This document shows positions 32,271-43,883 of a stretch of DNA of 44,933 nt, piece by piece. This DNA comes from Macrostomum lignano (Eukaryota). The notes beneath the pieces were generated by a model that saw only the letters and a program-made list of their open reading frames with translations, ran no database searches and was not told where the DNA came from. The stretch's first letter is position 1; each line of letters opens with the position of its first letter. The position numbers were made by a program, and so were the translations under genes. The stretch is taken from the NCBI GenBank assembly GCA_002269645.1, contig NIVC01003804.1, forward strand, positions 1-44,933, in the 5' to 3' direction.

Positions 32271-33683
32271 ACATCTAGGACGTAAAATAGGGGCTGTGAC
32301 CAGCCAGTATTTCTTACAAAAGCCAATAATTTTCGACTCTAAAGTTGGACTAATGCGAGCCAACGATACATATTTTTTATAATGTACATAATTATTTCAA
32401 ACGGCGTCTGGATGCTCCCCTGTGGCATCCTCATCCGAGTAATCTGTTTTTTGTTCGCCTAAAGTTTATACGATAATGCCTTAGCAACTAAGTAAATCTT
32501 TTACTAAAATTTTGATTTCCTTTGTTCTATGAGACGCTTCCGGTCCAGCAGTAGATGGTGGAATGCTCCATACTATACTGCTATCGCAGCCGCCGCCAGC
32601 GCAACAGCATTAAAGACCGTTTTGCCTGAGCCCTTGCAGCAAGCATGTCTCATAGTGAGGTGACCGAGGAAGGGCGTGTTCTCGATTTTGGGTGACGGCA
32701 CTACGTTGGGCATTTAGTTATCGCAAGCGAGTAATGCAGCGAAATCCATGCCTAAAAATCACGCAAATCTTCGAACCCAGCAGACAAGCAGCCAAACAAA
32801 TTATGCCTGAAACAAGTAAAGCCGAGTTGATTTTCACTAGACTTAGACATGCTTGCCGTTGCTTTAGGTATGCTGTGCTGAAATGGAATTTAAATAAAAC
32901 GAACATTGCTCACTCCTGTTCGGTGGCATTGGACTCCTCATCAGAGTTCGAGATTTGGCATCGTGCAATGTCTTTGGTCGCCACCATCTTGCCTGGCGCC
33001 TTTGTACGTACCGTGCCGGCGCTTGGTGCCGGTGTCTTCTTTCGGGTCGCAGTGGCGACCCGCTTCAAAGCTGGGTGATCCTCAGTAGCATCGTCTTGGT
33101 TCGAAGCTTGCTTCTTGCTCCCGGCGACGGAACCCGAACTGGAGTGCGGCAGCCAGGAAATACGGACGCCAAGCTCCACCCGATTGCCTTTCCGGTCGCA
33201 TTCGCCACTCTCTATGACTGCAACGCGAAACTGGCGCGCCAGACGTTGCTCTCTGCGGCTGCAAACACGGAATGCAGTTGAAAGAGCAACATGTAGCGTC
33301 CTTGGGTCCCTTTGAACTTGCGCGCAGCCTTCTCTTCGTAAATTCCGTGCTGACCTCAGGATCTCATTGTATTGACCTCATAGCCGTCGCACTCGTATCT
33401 AGGATGCAGCGCGATGCAAACTAAGAACTTTACATATGGTTAAAAATACTAACTCTCTCAGCTGTTTCTAACTAACTAACTAACTAACTAAGATAAGTGC
33501 TCCGGCGCCTCAGCCATTGAAATAGGCTCTTACGCCACTAGACTAAATGAGTTTCCTATTAGGGAGTGTACTAATGTACACTAAAAGCCAAGTTAGACTA
33601 TAGAGGACTGTACAGGGCAGTATCAAAAAAAACCAAACCTCCCCGGGGGATAGTGACAGCGGAACGACATACCAGTCAGGAAG

Positions 33684-33926
33684 TGTAACAAAGTCTGTGT
33701 GGCTTGCAGAGAGAAAAAACTTCTTAGAGCTGGCCAAGCCTAGCTCTCTCAATAAATACCAGTTTATTTTCCAGCCTGACTAGGCTGACCAATCAGCCGC
33801 TACCTCTGGTGTGCTCGCGCTCCAGAGTATGCACATGCGCGAGTACAATCCGAGAGAGAGAGAGAGAGAGAGAGAGACAGCCCCGCATCCCCCACTCTGC
33901 ACAGAAAGCGAAACGCAGTCACCACA
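33684..33926 (-). repeat. 3' LTR of Mag-like element
   Basis: TG...CA ends, internal (AG)12 tract and an element-sense AATAAA. Preceded in element sense by GGAGGGA (polypurine tract, 33927-33933). Confidence 0.96.
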
Positions 33927-34105
33927 TCCCTCCACACGTAGATGAAAAAAAGAAAAAAAACAGCAACAAAAAAGAAACAAAAAAAGAGAAAAGAAAATAC
34001 TTCCCAGCACCACGACAACAATAACAGAAACAAAAAAAATCGAAGACCACCGAAAGCTGTAAACAAAAAAAAAGGTCTGTCAGGGAAAAAAAACAAAAAA
34101 AACGT

Positions 34106-37100
34106 TCACTTGTACGTCAACCTGTCCGGGCATTTTCGGTTCCTCTGCGAACGCCGCGCCTGAGGAGTCGGAGGAAGCGGCGGCTGCGTGGGCGGCGGCG
34201 GCGCGGTCGGTGGCTGTGTGGGCGGCGGCGGCGTGGGCGGCAGCAGCGGCGGAACTTCTGCCTCAGCCGATTCGTAGCGCAGCTCGTCATTAATTGGCAG
34301 TTCCGTGCTTCCTGAGGTCAGCGGTTCGACGCCTGCAGAGGCTACATGGTCGGCGTGGCGGCGTACAATGCGATCATCAGGCAGCCGGCACTCGTAGGAC
34401 AAAGGTGCTGTTTGTCGGCTGATGCTGGCCGGCAGCCACTTCTGCTGACCCGTGAAATCCCGCACTACGACGTCGTCGCCTTCCTCGAAGGACCTCGCTC
34501 TGGCGCGCCTGTCGTGTTGTAGCTTCTGTGCCTCCTGTCGTCGCGTGACCGCAGCCGAGACGTCCGGACGTACCAGATCCAGCAGTGTTCGCAGAGGCCG
34601 GCCCATCATCAGCTGGCTCGGCGGAACGCCAGTCGTGCTGTGCGGAGTCACCCGGTAGGTCAGCAGGAACCGAGCGAGCCGAGTCTGCAGAGCCGCCGGC
34701 TGTCCCTTTGCCAGAGCCGCCTTCACCGTTTGTACCGCGCGTTCCGCCAGGCCGTTGGACGCCGGATGATAGGGCGACACCTTGACATGCCGGATGCCAT
34801 TGCTGCTCATGAAGTTCTCCATCTCTTGACTCACGAAGTTGGGCCCGTTGTCCGTCACCACGACCTCCGGCAGGCCCAGCTGGCTGAAAGTCCGCCGGAG
34901 CCGATCGATTGTAGCGGAGCTGGTCGCGGACTGGCAGATGTGCACCTCGATCCACTTGGAATGCGCGTCGACCAGAATCAGCAGCATCTTGCCTTCGAAC
35001 GGTCCAGCGTAATCCATGTGGACCCTTGACCACGGTCTGTCAGGCCAGGGCCAGGGCTGCAGCGGCGCTGGAGGTGGGCTGTGCTGATGCAGTTTGCACT
35101 GCCGGCAGTGCTGCGAGAGCCGCTCGATGTCTCCGTCCATTCCCGGCCACCAAAAATAGTTCCTGGCCAGCGACTTCAGCTTGGACGCTCCTAGGTGACT
35201 TTGGTGCAGACACTCGAGCAACGCCAGGCGTCCCTGAACCGGCACCACCACTCTGGTGCCCCACAGCAGGCAGCCGTCCTCCACGCTAAGTTCCGCAGCT
35301 CGAGACGCAAACGGCCGCAGATCTTCGCTCCCTCGCCGATCCTCCGGCCAGCCTTCTTGCACGAACCTGAGCACACGACCGAGTAGCGGGTCTCGCCGTG
35401 TCCAGCAGCGAACTTGAGCCGCAGTCACTGGGCCCTCGTTGAATGAGTCGATCAGCAGTACCACCTCAGCCGGCGCCGGCGCCTCCGCTGGCTTGGACGG
35501 CAGCGGCAACCGGCTCAGTGCATCCGCCCGCAGCAGGGTGGCGCCCTTGCGGTATTGCAGTCGATAGGAGTAGCTGGACAGCAGCAGAGCCCAGCGCTGA
35601 ATCCTGGCAGATGCTAGTGGCGGAATGGCCTTGTTCTCGTGAAGCAGTCCTAGAAGCGGCTTGTGGTCACTCTTCAGCTGGAAGTTCCGGCCGTACAGAT
35701 AGGTGTGGAATCGCTTGACGCCGAAAACAACTGCCAAGGCCTCCTTCTCCGTCTGGGAGTAGTTCTTCTCCGCATCGGCCAGAGTGCGGGACGCAAACGC
35801 GATGGGCCGCTCCACGCCATCTATTAGGTGGCAGATGACCGCGCCGAGACCGTAGGGCGAGCTGTCGCACTCCAGGATGACCTCTTTACCGGGGTCGAAA
35901 TGCACTAGCGTCTGAGAGCTCAGCAGGAGCTCCTTGCAGCGGTGAAACGCACTCTCTTGCGGGCTGTTCCATTGCCAGGCAGCGCCCTTGTCCAATAGGC
36001 GGTGCAGCGGAGCGAGCCAGCTGGACAGGTTCGGCAGGAATCGTCCATAATAATTTATGAGGCCCAGGAAGCTGCGGAGTTGAGTGACGTCCTGGGGAGC
36101 TGGCGCCTCAACGATCGCGCTGACCTTGCTTTCCAGCGGGTGGAGACCGCCGGCGTCGATTCGGTGGCCCAGGTAACTCACGGACTCCTGCATGAACCGG
36201 CACTTGTCAGCTCGGCACTTCAGCCCAGCATCTTGTAGGCGCTGCAAAACGGCTTCCAGGTTCTCCAGGTGCTTCGCGTCATCAGTTCCTGTCACCAGCA
36301 GATCGTCGATAAAAGTCGCCGTGTGCGGTCTTCCTTGAAGCAAGCCGTCCATTGTCCTCTGAAACATGCCGACTGCCGGTGAGATGCCGAACGGCAACCT
36401 GGTGTACCTGAGCAACCCTTTGGAGGTGTTGATGGTGCACAGACGCTGTGATTCCGAGTCCAGTGGCAGTTGCTGATACGCCTGACTGAGGTCTAGCTTG
36501 GTGAATTTCTGGCCTCCTGTTAGCTTTGCGAACAATTCTTCAATTCTGGGCAGCGGGTAGGAGTCCTGCACAACGTCTTGGTTCACCGTGCGCTTGAAAT
36601 CCGCGCAGATTCTGACGGATCCATCCGCCTTGAGCACCGGCACGATAGGAGACGCGTACTCGGAGTTAGAGACAGGCTGCAGAACGCCTTGCTCGATCTC
36701 CCGGTCCAGCTGCTCCTCCACCTTGGACTTCAAAGCGAACGGCACCGTCCGAGCTTTGAAAAATTTGGGCTGTGCACCTGGTTTCGTCCGCAATTTCAGT
36801 GGTTCGCCTGTGTAGCAACCGAGTCCGTCCGAAAATACTGCGCTGTACTTTTGCAGCAGCTGCTCCACCTGCTGATTTCCCTGAGCCGGCAGTTCTCGCT
36901 CTCGCAGCTCCTTGATGCTTCTCCAGTCCATGGTTAGTTCAGACAGCCAGTTCCGTCCGATCAAGCTGGAGCCGCTTCCTGAGACCACCACCAGAGGCAG
37001 CAGTTTCTTTTCATTTCCTGGAATCTCCACAGAGACGCTCAACTGTCCCAGCACGTTGACAGGTTGGCCGCCGTAGTTCCGCAGCCGAATCGTGGTCCCA

Positions 37101-38068
37101 CCGAGCTTAGGGATACCTCCGAGAAGATCCTGGTAGACTTTGGCTGAGATCAACGACACCGCGGCGCCCGTGTCTATCTCCATCTGGCAGGACACGCCGT
37201 TGATCAGTACCTTGGTCAAGTAGGGTGGCACCTTGGCTGCAACGCTGGGCACGGTGTTAAGGGAGCTGCAGTCCTCGTCTTCTGCTTCTTGCACGGCGCC
37301 CACGCGGGGCTTGGAGTCCGCACCCGATACTCCGGCGCCTCTACGGCAAGCAGCTGCGGTGTGCCCGAGCTTGCCGCACTTGAAGCATGCCTTCTTGATG
37401 AACGGGCACTTGTCCGCCAGATGTCGAGTCGACAAGCACCGGAAACACTTCTGTGGGGCTCGACCAGATCCGGTCGCCTTGGCCTGGTCGACTCGATCGA
37501 CTGAAGCAGCCGCCGCAGGGCCAGCCACCTCCTGTGAGCTCCTGACGACCGTGCAGCCTTTTTCCGCCAGCTCCACCGCTTGAGCGATCTTCAGCGCCTT
37601 CTCGAGATCCAGCTCCGGCTCCGACAGCAGTCTGCGCTGGATCCGATCGTCCTGGATGCCGAGCACCAGCCGATCCCTGAGCATCGACTCCAAGCTGTTT
37701 CCGAACTTGCAGTCCACGGCCAGACGCCGCAAACTGGCCAGGAAATCCGCCACTGACTCGGTGCTGGCCCGCACGCGCTGATAGAAATGAAAACGCTGCA
37801 CAATTTCAGAAGGCTCCGGCTTCCAGTGCTCCTTTAGTTTTTGGCAAATGTCTGCGTAGCTCGTCTCCGATGGCTTCCTCGGGGCCAGCAGGCTGCAAAT
37901 CAGCTTGAATGTCTCCTTGCCACAGACACTGAGGAAGACAGCTCGCTTTTTGTCTTCGGACTCTATGTCGCTTGCAATGAAAACTTGCTCCATTCTTTCC
38001 TTGTACTGCAGCCAGTCCTCATTTTCAGGCTCAAATGGACCGATGCTACACAGTAGGCCCGTGGCCAT
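34106..38068 (-). CDS. gag-pol polyprotein (two CCHC knuckles, PR, RT, RH, INT)
   Basis: Uninterrupted 1320 aa: CFRC..H..C and CFKC..H..C, IDTGAAVS, LPFGISPA, FIDD, ECDSS, SDHKPL, HQSHLG..CRQC, MDYAGP, VTDNGP and SNGLAER. Confidence 0.97.
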   Translation of the reverse strand: MATGLLCSIGPFEPENEDWLQYKERMEQVFIASDIESEDKKRAVFLSVCGKETFKLICSLLAPRKPSETSYADICQKLKEHWKPEPSEIVQRFHFYQRVRASTESVADFLASLRRLAVDCKFGNSLESMLRDRLVLGIQDDRIQRRLLSEPELDLEKALKIAQAVELAEKGCTVVRSSQEVAGPAAAASVDRVDQAKATGSGRAPQKCFRCLSTRHLADKCPFIKKACFKCGKLGHTAAACRRGAGVSGADSKPRVGAVQEAEDEDCSSLNTVPSVAAKVPPYLTKVLINGVSCQMEIDTGAAVSLISAKVYQDLLGGIPKLGGTTIRLRNYGGQPVNVLGQLSVSVEIPGNEKKLLPLVVVSGSGSSLIGRNWLSELTMDWRSIKELRERELPAQGNQQVEQLLQKYSAVFSDGLGCYTGEPLKLRTKPGAQPKFFKARTVPFALKSKVEEQLDREIEQGVLQPVSNSEYASPIVPVLKADGSVRICADFKRTVNQDVVQDSYPLPRIEELFAKLTGGQKFTKLDLSQAYQQLPLDSESQRLCTINTSKGLLRYTRLPFGISPAVGMFQRTMDGLLQGRPHTATFIDDLLVTGTDDAKHLENLEAVLQRLQDAGLKCRADKCRFMQESVSYLGHRIDAGGLHPLESKVSAIVEAPAPQDVTQLRSFLGLINYYGRFLPNLSSWLAPLHRLLDKGAAWQWNSPQESAFHRCKELLLSSQTLVHFDPGKEVILECDSSPYGLGAVICHLIDGVERPIAFASRTLADAEKNYSQTEKEALAVVFGVKRFHTYLYGRNFQLKSDHKPLLGLLHENKAIPPLASARIQRWALLLSSYSYRLQYRKGATLLRADALSRLPLPSKPAEAPAPAEVVLLIDSFNEGPVTAAQVRCWTRRDPLLGRVLRFVQEGWPEDRRGSEDLRPFASRAAELSVEDGCLLWGTRVVVPVQGRLALLECLHQSHLGASKLKSLARNYFWWPGMDGDIERLSQHCRQCKLHQHSPPPAPLQPWPWPDRPWSRVHMDYAGPFEGKMLLILVDAHSKWIEVHICQSATSSATIDRLRRTFSQLGLPEVVVTDNGPNFVSQEMENFMSSNGIRHVKVSPYHPASNGLAERAVQTVKAALAKGQPAALQTRLARFLLTYRVTPHSTTGVPPSQLMMGRPLRTLLDLVRPDVSAAVTRRQEAQKLQHDRRARARSFEEGDDVVVRDFTGQQKWLPASISRQTAPLSYECRLPDDRIVRRHADHVASAGVEPLTSGSTELPINDELRYESAEAEVPPLLPPTPPPPTQPPTAPPPPTQPPLPPTPQARRSQRNRKCPDRLTYK

Positions 38069-38074
38069 TAGTCA

Positions 38075-38085
38075 CCTCGTCGCCA
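38075..38085 (-). promoter_or_regulatory. Primer-binding site, probably tRNA-Ser(GCU)
   Basis: TGGCGACGAGG, 1 nt after the 5' LTR, is complementary to the ...CCTCGTCGCCA 3' end I recall for metazoan tRNA-Ser(GCU). Confidence 0.8.
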
Positions 38086-38086
38086 C

Positions 38087-38329
38087 TGTAACAAAGTCTG
38101 TGTGGCTTGCAGAGAGAAAAAACTTCTTAGAGCTGGCCAAGCCTAGCTCTCTCAATAAATACCAGTTTATTTTCCAGCCTGACTAGGCTGACCAATCAGC
38201 CGCTACCTCTGGTGTGCTCGCGCTCCAGAGTATGCACATGCGCGAGTACAATCCGAGAGAGAGAGAGAGAGAGAGAGAGACAGCCCCGCATCCCCCACTC
38301 TGCACAGAAAGCGAAACGCAGTCACCACA
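38087..38329 (-). repeat. 5' LTR of Mag-like element
   Basis: Appears identical to 33684-33926 by eye, including the AG-tract length. Confidence 0.96.
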
Positions 38330-39682
38330 GGAAGCCCGTGCCCAAAAACCAGGTTAGATAGACACCCAAGCCTAAATTTCGGTAACCCTGTATTTATAAA
38401 GATTCCCCCAAAACCTAAACTGTTTCTGCTACAGTTACTGATATTTCTGCTACTGGAAGCTACTGTTAGTAGTGTAAAAGCAAATCTATCCGGTTTTTAA
38501 TTACGCCCTAATACACCTCCCCCTCGCTTCAAAATGTGCAAAACCCCTTTTGTACATTATTAATTCGTTTTTTATTTAAGCACCACAAAAAGTATTATTT
38601 CGCAAAAGGCCGTGGCGTGCTGCATAAATATCATATGAACGAATTGGCTAAATAGGAATCTACGCATATGGGTTCGCAACAAGGACTACTTAAGTAGAAG
38701 GACACAACACTCGAAATATATGGCAATTTTTTGAAGTTTGCATTGCAGCTAAACTGCTTACAACTCTGGATCAATTGCACGTAGAATGATAATTTTTCGC
38801 CAGATTGTTCGAAATTTTGTTTTCTTTTACATGACGCAAAGTTTGACGCCTTACCTACATTGGGAGCGGCGGGCGTACAGTAAAGTAACGGCAATTCCTT
38901 TTGCTTTTGCTTTTCCCCTTGTTATCGATCTCATAAGACCCCTTTTGCTCTCTATAAAATCGCTTAAATCGCTGTGTGCTATTAAGTTTACGATTGGAGT
39001 ATTTCGCCAAACTCGCATCTAAAGCAAAGCAATGATTCAGCAACAGATCTTTACTGCGCTAAGGAATCTGGCTAACCTGGCTATTAAGGCTCACTCGAGC
39101 TATTGTGGCCTTACCTGGGCCTCGCAGTTCAAAGCACCAATTTCAGTCCGCTTCATTTATTGGCAACGAAAAACTTGTCGGACTACTAACAGCCCTAGTA
39201 TTTTTTTGCTATATTTTTGTACCTGCGATTAGCAGACCTCTGCCTATGTTATGCAACTGCTAATCTTGCTTAGATTTACTTTCAAATTTAATTTCCGTGT
39301 GGTTGATGGTACGACCTCTGCTCACTCCTTTTATTTTTTTAAACCTTTTATGCTTATGGCCATTGTTGCTTACTTTCCAAATATTACTGATTAATTTTAT
39401 ATTATTAACGTGTTGTTGCTAAGACCCTCTGTCTAGCTTAAAATTTCTATTCTTCAGCATTAATTGGAGTGTCTCTAATTTCGAGTGTCTTTTTGATTTT
39501 CTATTTCTTCTAAATCTCATGCTCTTGCTCAATAAACGTATATTTTTCCTTCAACTAACTCTTTGTATGAAATCAAAGTTTTGATAGTCTTGATCGTTAA
39601 ACTGTCTTGGTCTTTAGGACTCTGGTATTCACTCAAAGGCTCGTAGCGCAAATTCCTACATGTAGGTTTAAGCTCGTCGTAT

Positions 39683-40765
39683 TGATGTGTTCTTTTATTA
39701 CCAGTCCTCAACTGTAATCAAGGAACAATCACTTCTAGCTCAGTAGCTAGGCAACCCAGTACGTCAACAGAAGGTATTCAATTACCTCGAGTCTTTAAAT
39801 GAGAGCTCTCGTCAATACTCCTTGTTCGTTGATCTCGCTATCAGTAGCGTTCCTGTCCTTCAGGAATTCCGGGCGCCGGTCAACAGTTGATCTGGTCCGC
39901 TCTTGCAGTTGTCTCCTAGACTTCTTGCCGGCCGGTAATCTGTAGTTCGGACCAATCGGGAGCTTCCAAACTAACAATGGGTACCCTGCGCCAAACTGCG
40001 ATTTAATATAAGCCTACTCCTTCTAGTAGTGCCTCTATGCACTCTAAGTATGGCTCCGGAAACCACTGATAGTCCTCTAAGATCTATCAGGGGCAGTCCT
40101 TCTGGAGACTGCAACCAGTAGAGTCTAAACAGACTCAGGAGTCTCAACAGACTCACAATAAACTCAAGTCACTCTTGGACTTGAGCGAGACGTCTCTAAC
40201 AACAACGGCGCAAATGAGTAAGGCTTACCGCAAGAACTCGACCACGTCTTCGAGTTGCTTCAGGAAGTCTGCTGCAGAGCTTCCTCTTCGGAGCTTTCTC
40301 TCTCGGAGATTTGTGGCTCCGGGTCCGTTCCAGACCACTTGTATTTATAGGCAATTGGACCCCCATGAGGTCACGTGGGTCCAACTCTTCAGCTGTCAAA
40401 AAGGTCACGGTTTGGTTGCTGTCAAACTTCGCAGGGTAGAAAGTTACTCCATTGGTTCAGTGTAAAAGCGCGTGATTGGTCATCGCATTCGAGTTATTTT
40501 TAGTTACATTTGATTGGGTCACGTGCGTACGGTTGAATGATGCATCTTTCTGGGGTTTGCGTTCGACACGTACAGGTTACACGTGATTGGGTGATTTCTA
40601 AATTTAGCATGCTCGAGGTCTCTCTCTTTCTATTGGTTAGTCAGAATCTACGCATAGTTCAAAGCATACCTTTATTCATGCTCTTCAATTTACTACTAAA
40701 TAAAATGTGTGAGTAGTACATTAACACTTTTATGTCTTCTTTTACGGGAGGTAGAACACTCTACA
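39683..40765 (-). mobile_element. Solo LTR (family X, copy 1)
   Basis: Element sense TGTAGAGTGTTC...AATAAAAGAACACATCA with TATAAATA near 40345. 4-bp target-site duplication GTAT at 39679-39682 and 40766-40769. Confidence 0.88.
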
Positions 40766-41875
40766 GTATTAGTTCTAGTCTAAGATCAAAACGTGCGCAC
40801 AGTTCGTATTAAGCGCTGAATAGAAACTTAAGTATTGCACAAATAAGAATACAGTATTATAATTGGTATGCAGTCAAAGCCTTTCCTACTACTCAATAAC
40901 TCGTACTTAGCCAAATGTTCAACCTACTCCAATGCACTACCCTTAATCGAAGCCCACAAGCTACGTACACTCCCTCTCGCTACAAGACAAGGCTCTTAAA
41001 AAAGCTCCGAAGCAACGCACTGGAAAAAATCACCAAGACAATTCTTGGCTCAACTTGCCAAAAGAAACAAAAGACACAAGTTTTCAATTTTAAGACTGTA
41101 TAGTGGGTGCTTGTCAGCTCAAAAATTTTCTACCGTTATCAACCATCAACCTATATATTATGCGTCTTTTCCTAATACCTTTTGCTTGCATTGCTTACAT
41201 TTTTTACTAATTAAATTTATTTTGCGGTTTACTCGCTTTACTTTAGCTATAAAAGAAATATACAAGAAACTAAAAACAGCTTACGTACAACAGTTGTTTT
41301 TCAAAGCATATACTCTATTAAATTACATAAAAAGTCCAAAGTTTAAAGCATCGATTCAAACCTCAGCCTTTCTTCACTTAATTGTCCATCGTCAAATCAA
41401 AGTATTCCTCCGACTTTACCTGAGCACTTCCTTCCTCGTGGATATTCAAGCGATAGCCGTTACTCCCGTTACTCGTTGAGATCAGAACAATCTCCACGCC
41501 TACTTGTCCTCCTTCAACCCTTCCGATCGTGCTTTCGTAGCCCGGTGGGGGTCTGTTAAATACCCCGTTTTTTTGGCTGCAAGAAGTAGAAATGCAGGGC
41601 ATTACTGCAAGATCATTTAAAGATTTTTGTTAAACACAAAGTCAAATAACTGCTTACCTTCTTTGACATACCGCTCGGCTAAGGTCTTTTTTGTGCCGAC
41701 TTTTCCATACATTCGCCCGTAGTATTGTAATTGATAAAATATTCTTTTGGAACGCGGCTAAGTTGGATTTGTTAGACTCCATCTCCTCTCCTTTTTATAT
41801 AGAGTTGGCCCAACAGAGTGGGCCATCACGACCTGCAAGTCTAGCGATATCGAACCGGGCGTGCGGTTTTTTGTT

Positions 41876-42107
41876 TCAGAAGAGATGAGCGATCACCCCA
41901 TCTTCTTTAGTCCTTGCTACAACTGACTTATTCTTCTTAACCCCACTAACTTTTGTATATACAACAGCTGACAGTTCTCTGAAGACAGCCGCGAAGTCAG
42001 CAGATTTAGCAATCTCGCTTTGCAGATCGTCCACAACCAAAAGATCTCCCGATCGCAAGCTCCCCAACAATGCGCCTGTAAAACCCCGAATAAAATGCGA
42101 GTGTATA
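41876..42107 (-). pseudogene. Possible degenerate Polinton/Maverick-type packaging ATPase fragment
   Basis: HFIRGFTGALLGSLRSGDLLVVDDLQSEIAKSADFAAVFR resembles the Walker B region (hhhhDDL.sE...s......F) of these ATPases. No Walker A motif was found. Confidence 0.3.
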
Positions 42108-43883
42108 TGATGTGTTCCTTACTACCAAGACTTTCTTAGTAATCAAGGAACAATCACTTCTAGCTACTGCTAGGCAACCCAGTAATCAAACGAAGGTATT
42201 TATTACCTTGAGTCCTGACTAGTGTGATGTGTTCCTTATTACCCGACTTTCGATAATCAAGGAACAATCACTTCTAGCTCAGTAGCTAGGCAACCCAGTA
42301 AGTCAACAGAAGGTATTCAATTACCTTGAGTCCTTTGGAGATCTCTCGGAGTAGCTCTCGATTAGTTTCAGTTGATCTCGTACAGTCACTTCTGACTATC
42401 GTTTGTAGATCGGGTCCGATTCTTCTTTCTTCTTCAAATAGTTCCGGCCGGATTCTGTCGCTCGGACCAATGGGAAGCTTCCGAATTAACAATGGGATCC
42501 CTGCGCCAAACTGCGGTCTGAATTAAGCCTTCTTCTTCTAGTAGTGCCTCTCTGCACTCTAGGTATAGCTCCGGAAACCACTTATAGTCCTCTAAGATCT
42601 ATCAGGGGCAGTCCTTCTGGAGACTGCAACCAATGGAGTCCAAACAGACTCAAGAGTCTCAACAGACTCAAATAGATTCAAGTCTCGATAGACTTGAGCG
42701 AGACGTCTCTAACACAACAGGCGCAAATCAGGAAGGCTTACCGCAACAACTCGACCGAGTCTCGATTGACTTGGTGATCAGGAAGTCCTCCTAAGGCTTC
42801 CTCTTCGGAGCTTCTCCTCTTGTCGGGAGTTGGCTCCTGGTCCGCTTCGGACCGCTTGTATTTATAGGCAACTTTTTGATCCAAAATAGCATCATTACAA
42901 TCCACGTGTTGCGCTAAAAGGGGAAAATGGCTCATGGCGTATAATTTTGGTAACATCTTTTCCTGGTAGCGTGATTCATTCAAAGCTTAGGCGCACATGC
43001 GTGTACTTACTTACTTGTAGTAGCATTATACGATTATCTTCTTTTAACCTTTTTTTAACGGGAGGTAGAACACTCTACAAGTGCTCTTCCTGTGAGTTGA
43101 TCTCGCAATAGGATTCAGTTAGATCAGTTGATCTGGCGCCTTACTTCTTGTCTCTGTTCCGAGTCTTCTTTGTGCTCCTTGACTTCTTGCCGGCCGGTGT
43201 GGTATCTGTAGTTCGGACCAATAGGAAGCTTCGAATTAACAATGGGATCCCAGTGCCTTACTTTGGTTTCTAGAAAGCCTTTTCCTTCTAGAGCGCTGCT
43301 ATGCACTCTAGGTATGGCTCCGGTAAGCTCTGATAGTCTTCTAAGATCTATCAGGGTTAGTCCTTCTGGAGACTACGACCAATGGATTCTTAATGGATTC
43401 AAGAGTCTCAACAGACTCTAACTCAACAACAATACGAGTCGACTCTAAAAACGGGTGCAAATGAGAAAGGCTTACCGCAAGAACTCGAACGAGTCTAGGT
43501 AGGAAGTCTCCTGATGGCTTCCTCTTCGGAGCTGCTCCTTCTGGAGTCTAAAATCTGAAGCTCCGGGTCCGCTCTGGACCACTTGTATTTATAGGCAATC
43601 GGACCCCACATGAGGTCATTGAGTTCATTGTCTTAAATGTCAAAGGGTCACGGATTGGTTGCTGTCAAACATGGCATGGTAGAAAGTTACTTCATTGGTT
43701 TAGTGTAAGCGCGCATGATAGGGTACAGCAGCTCAGTTATTTTTAGATATTTGATCACTTCTAGGTTGATCAAATTATTTGTATGGGTTAGTGCATATCT
43801 TTATACATGCTACTTGTCTTACTACTATATAAGTAGTACGTTAACAATTTTATGTATTTTTGAGAGAGGCTGAATACTCTACA
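42108..43883 (-). mobile_element. LTR of family X (copy 2), split into 42108-42224 and 43084-43883 by copy 3
   Basis: Begins TGATGTGTTCC and ends ...ACTCTACA on the + strand. Shares internal motifs (AATCAAGGAAC, GCTAGGCAACCCAG, GTTCGGACCAAT, CTTGTATTTATAGGC). The flanks TATA and AAAT do not match. Confidence 0.8.
42225..43079 (-). mobile_element. Solo LTR (family X, copy 3) nested in copy 2
   Basis: Same termini. Target-site duplication AGTG at 42221-42224 and 43080-43083. Confidence 0.9.

Larger units (their letters stand above)
33684..38329 (-). mobile_element. Intact Mag-like Gypsy LTR retrotransposon
   Basis: 243-bp LTRs at 33684-33926 and 38087-38329. 5-bp target-site duplication GGAAG at 33679-33683 and 38330-38334. 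PBS, polypurine tract and a single gag-pol ORF. Confidence 0.97.

Noticed and set aside
34377-38186. Overlapping alternate-frame and antisense ORFs in the Mag element (likewise across the LINE)
   Set aside because: Expected shadows of GC-rich coding sequence.
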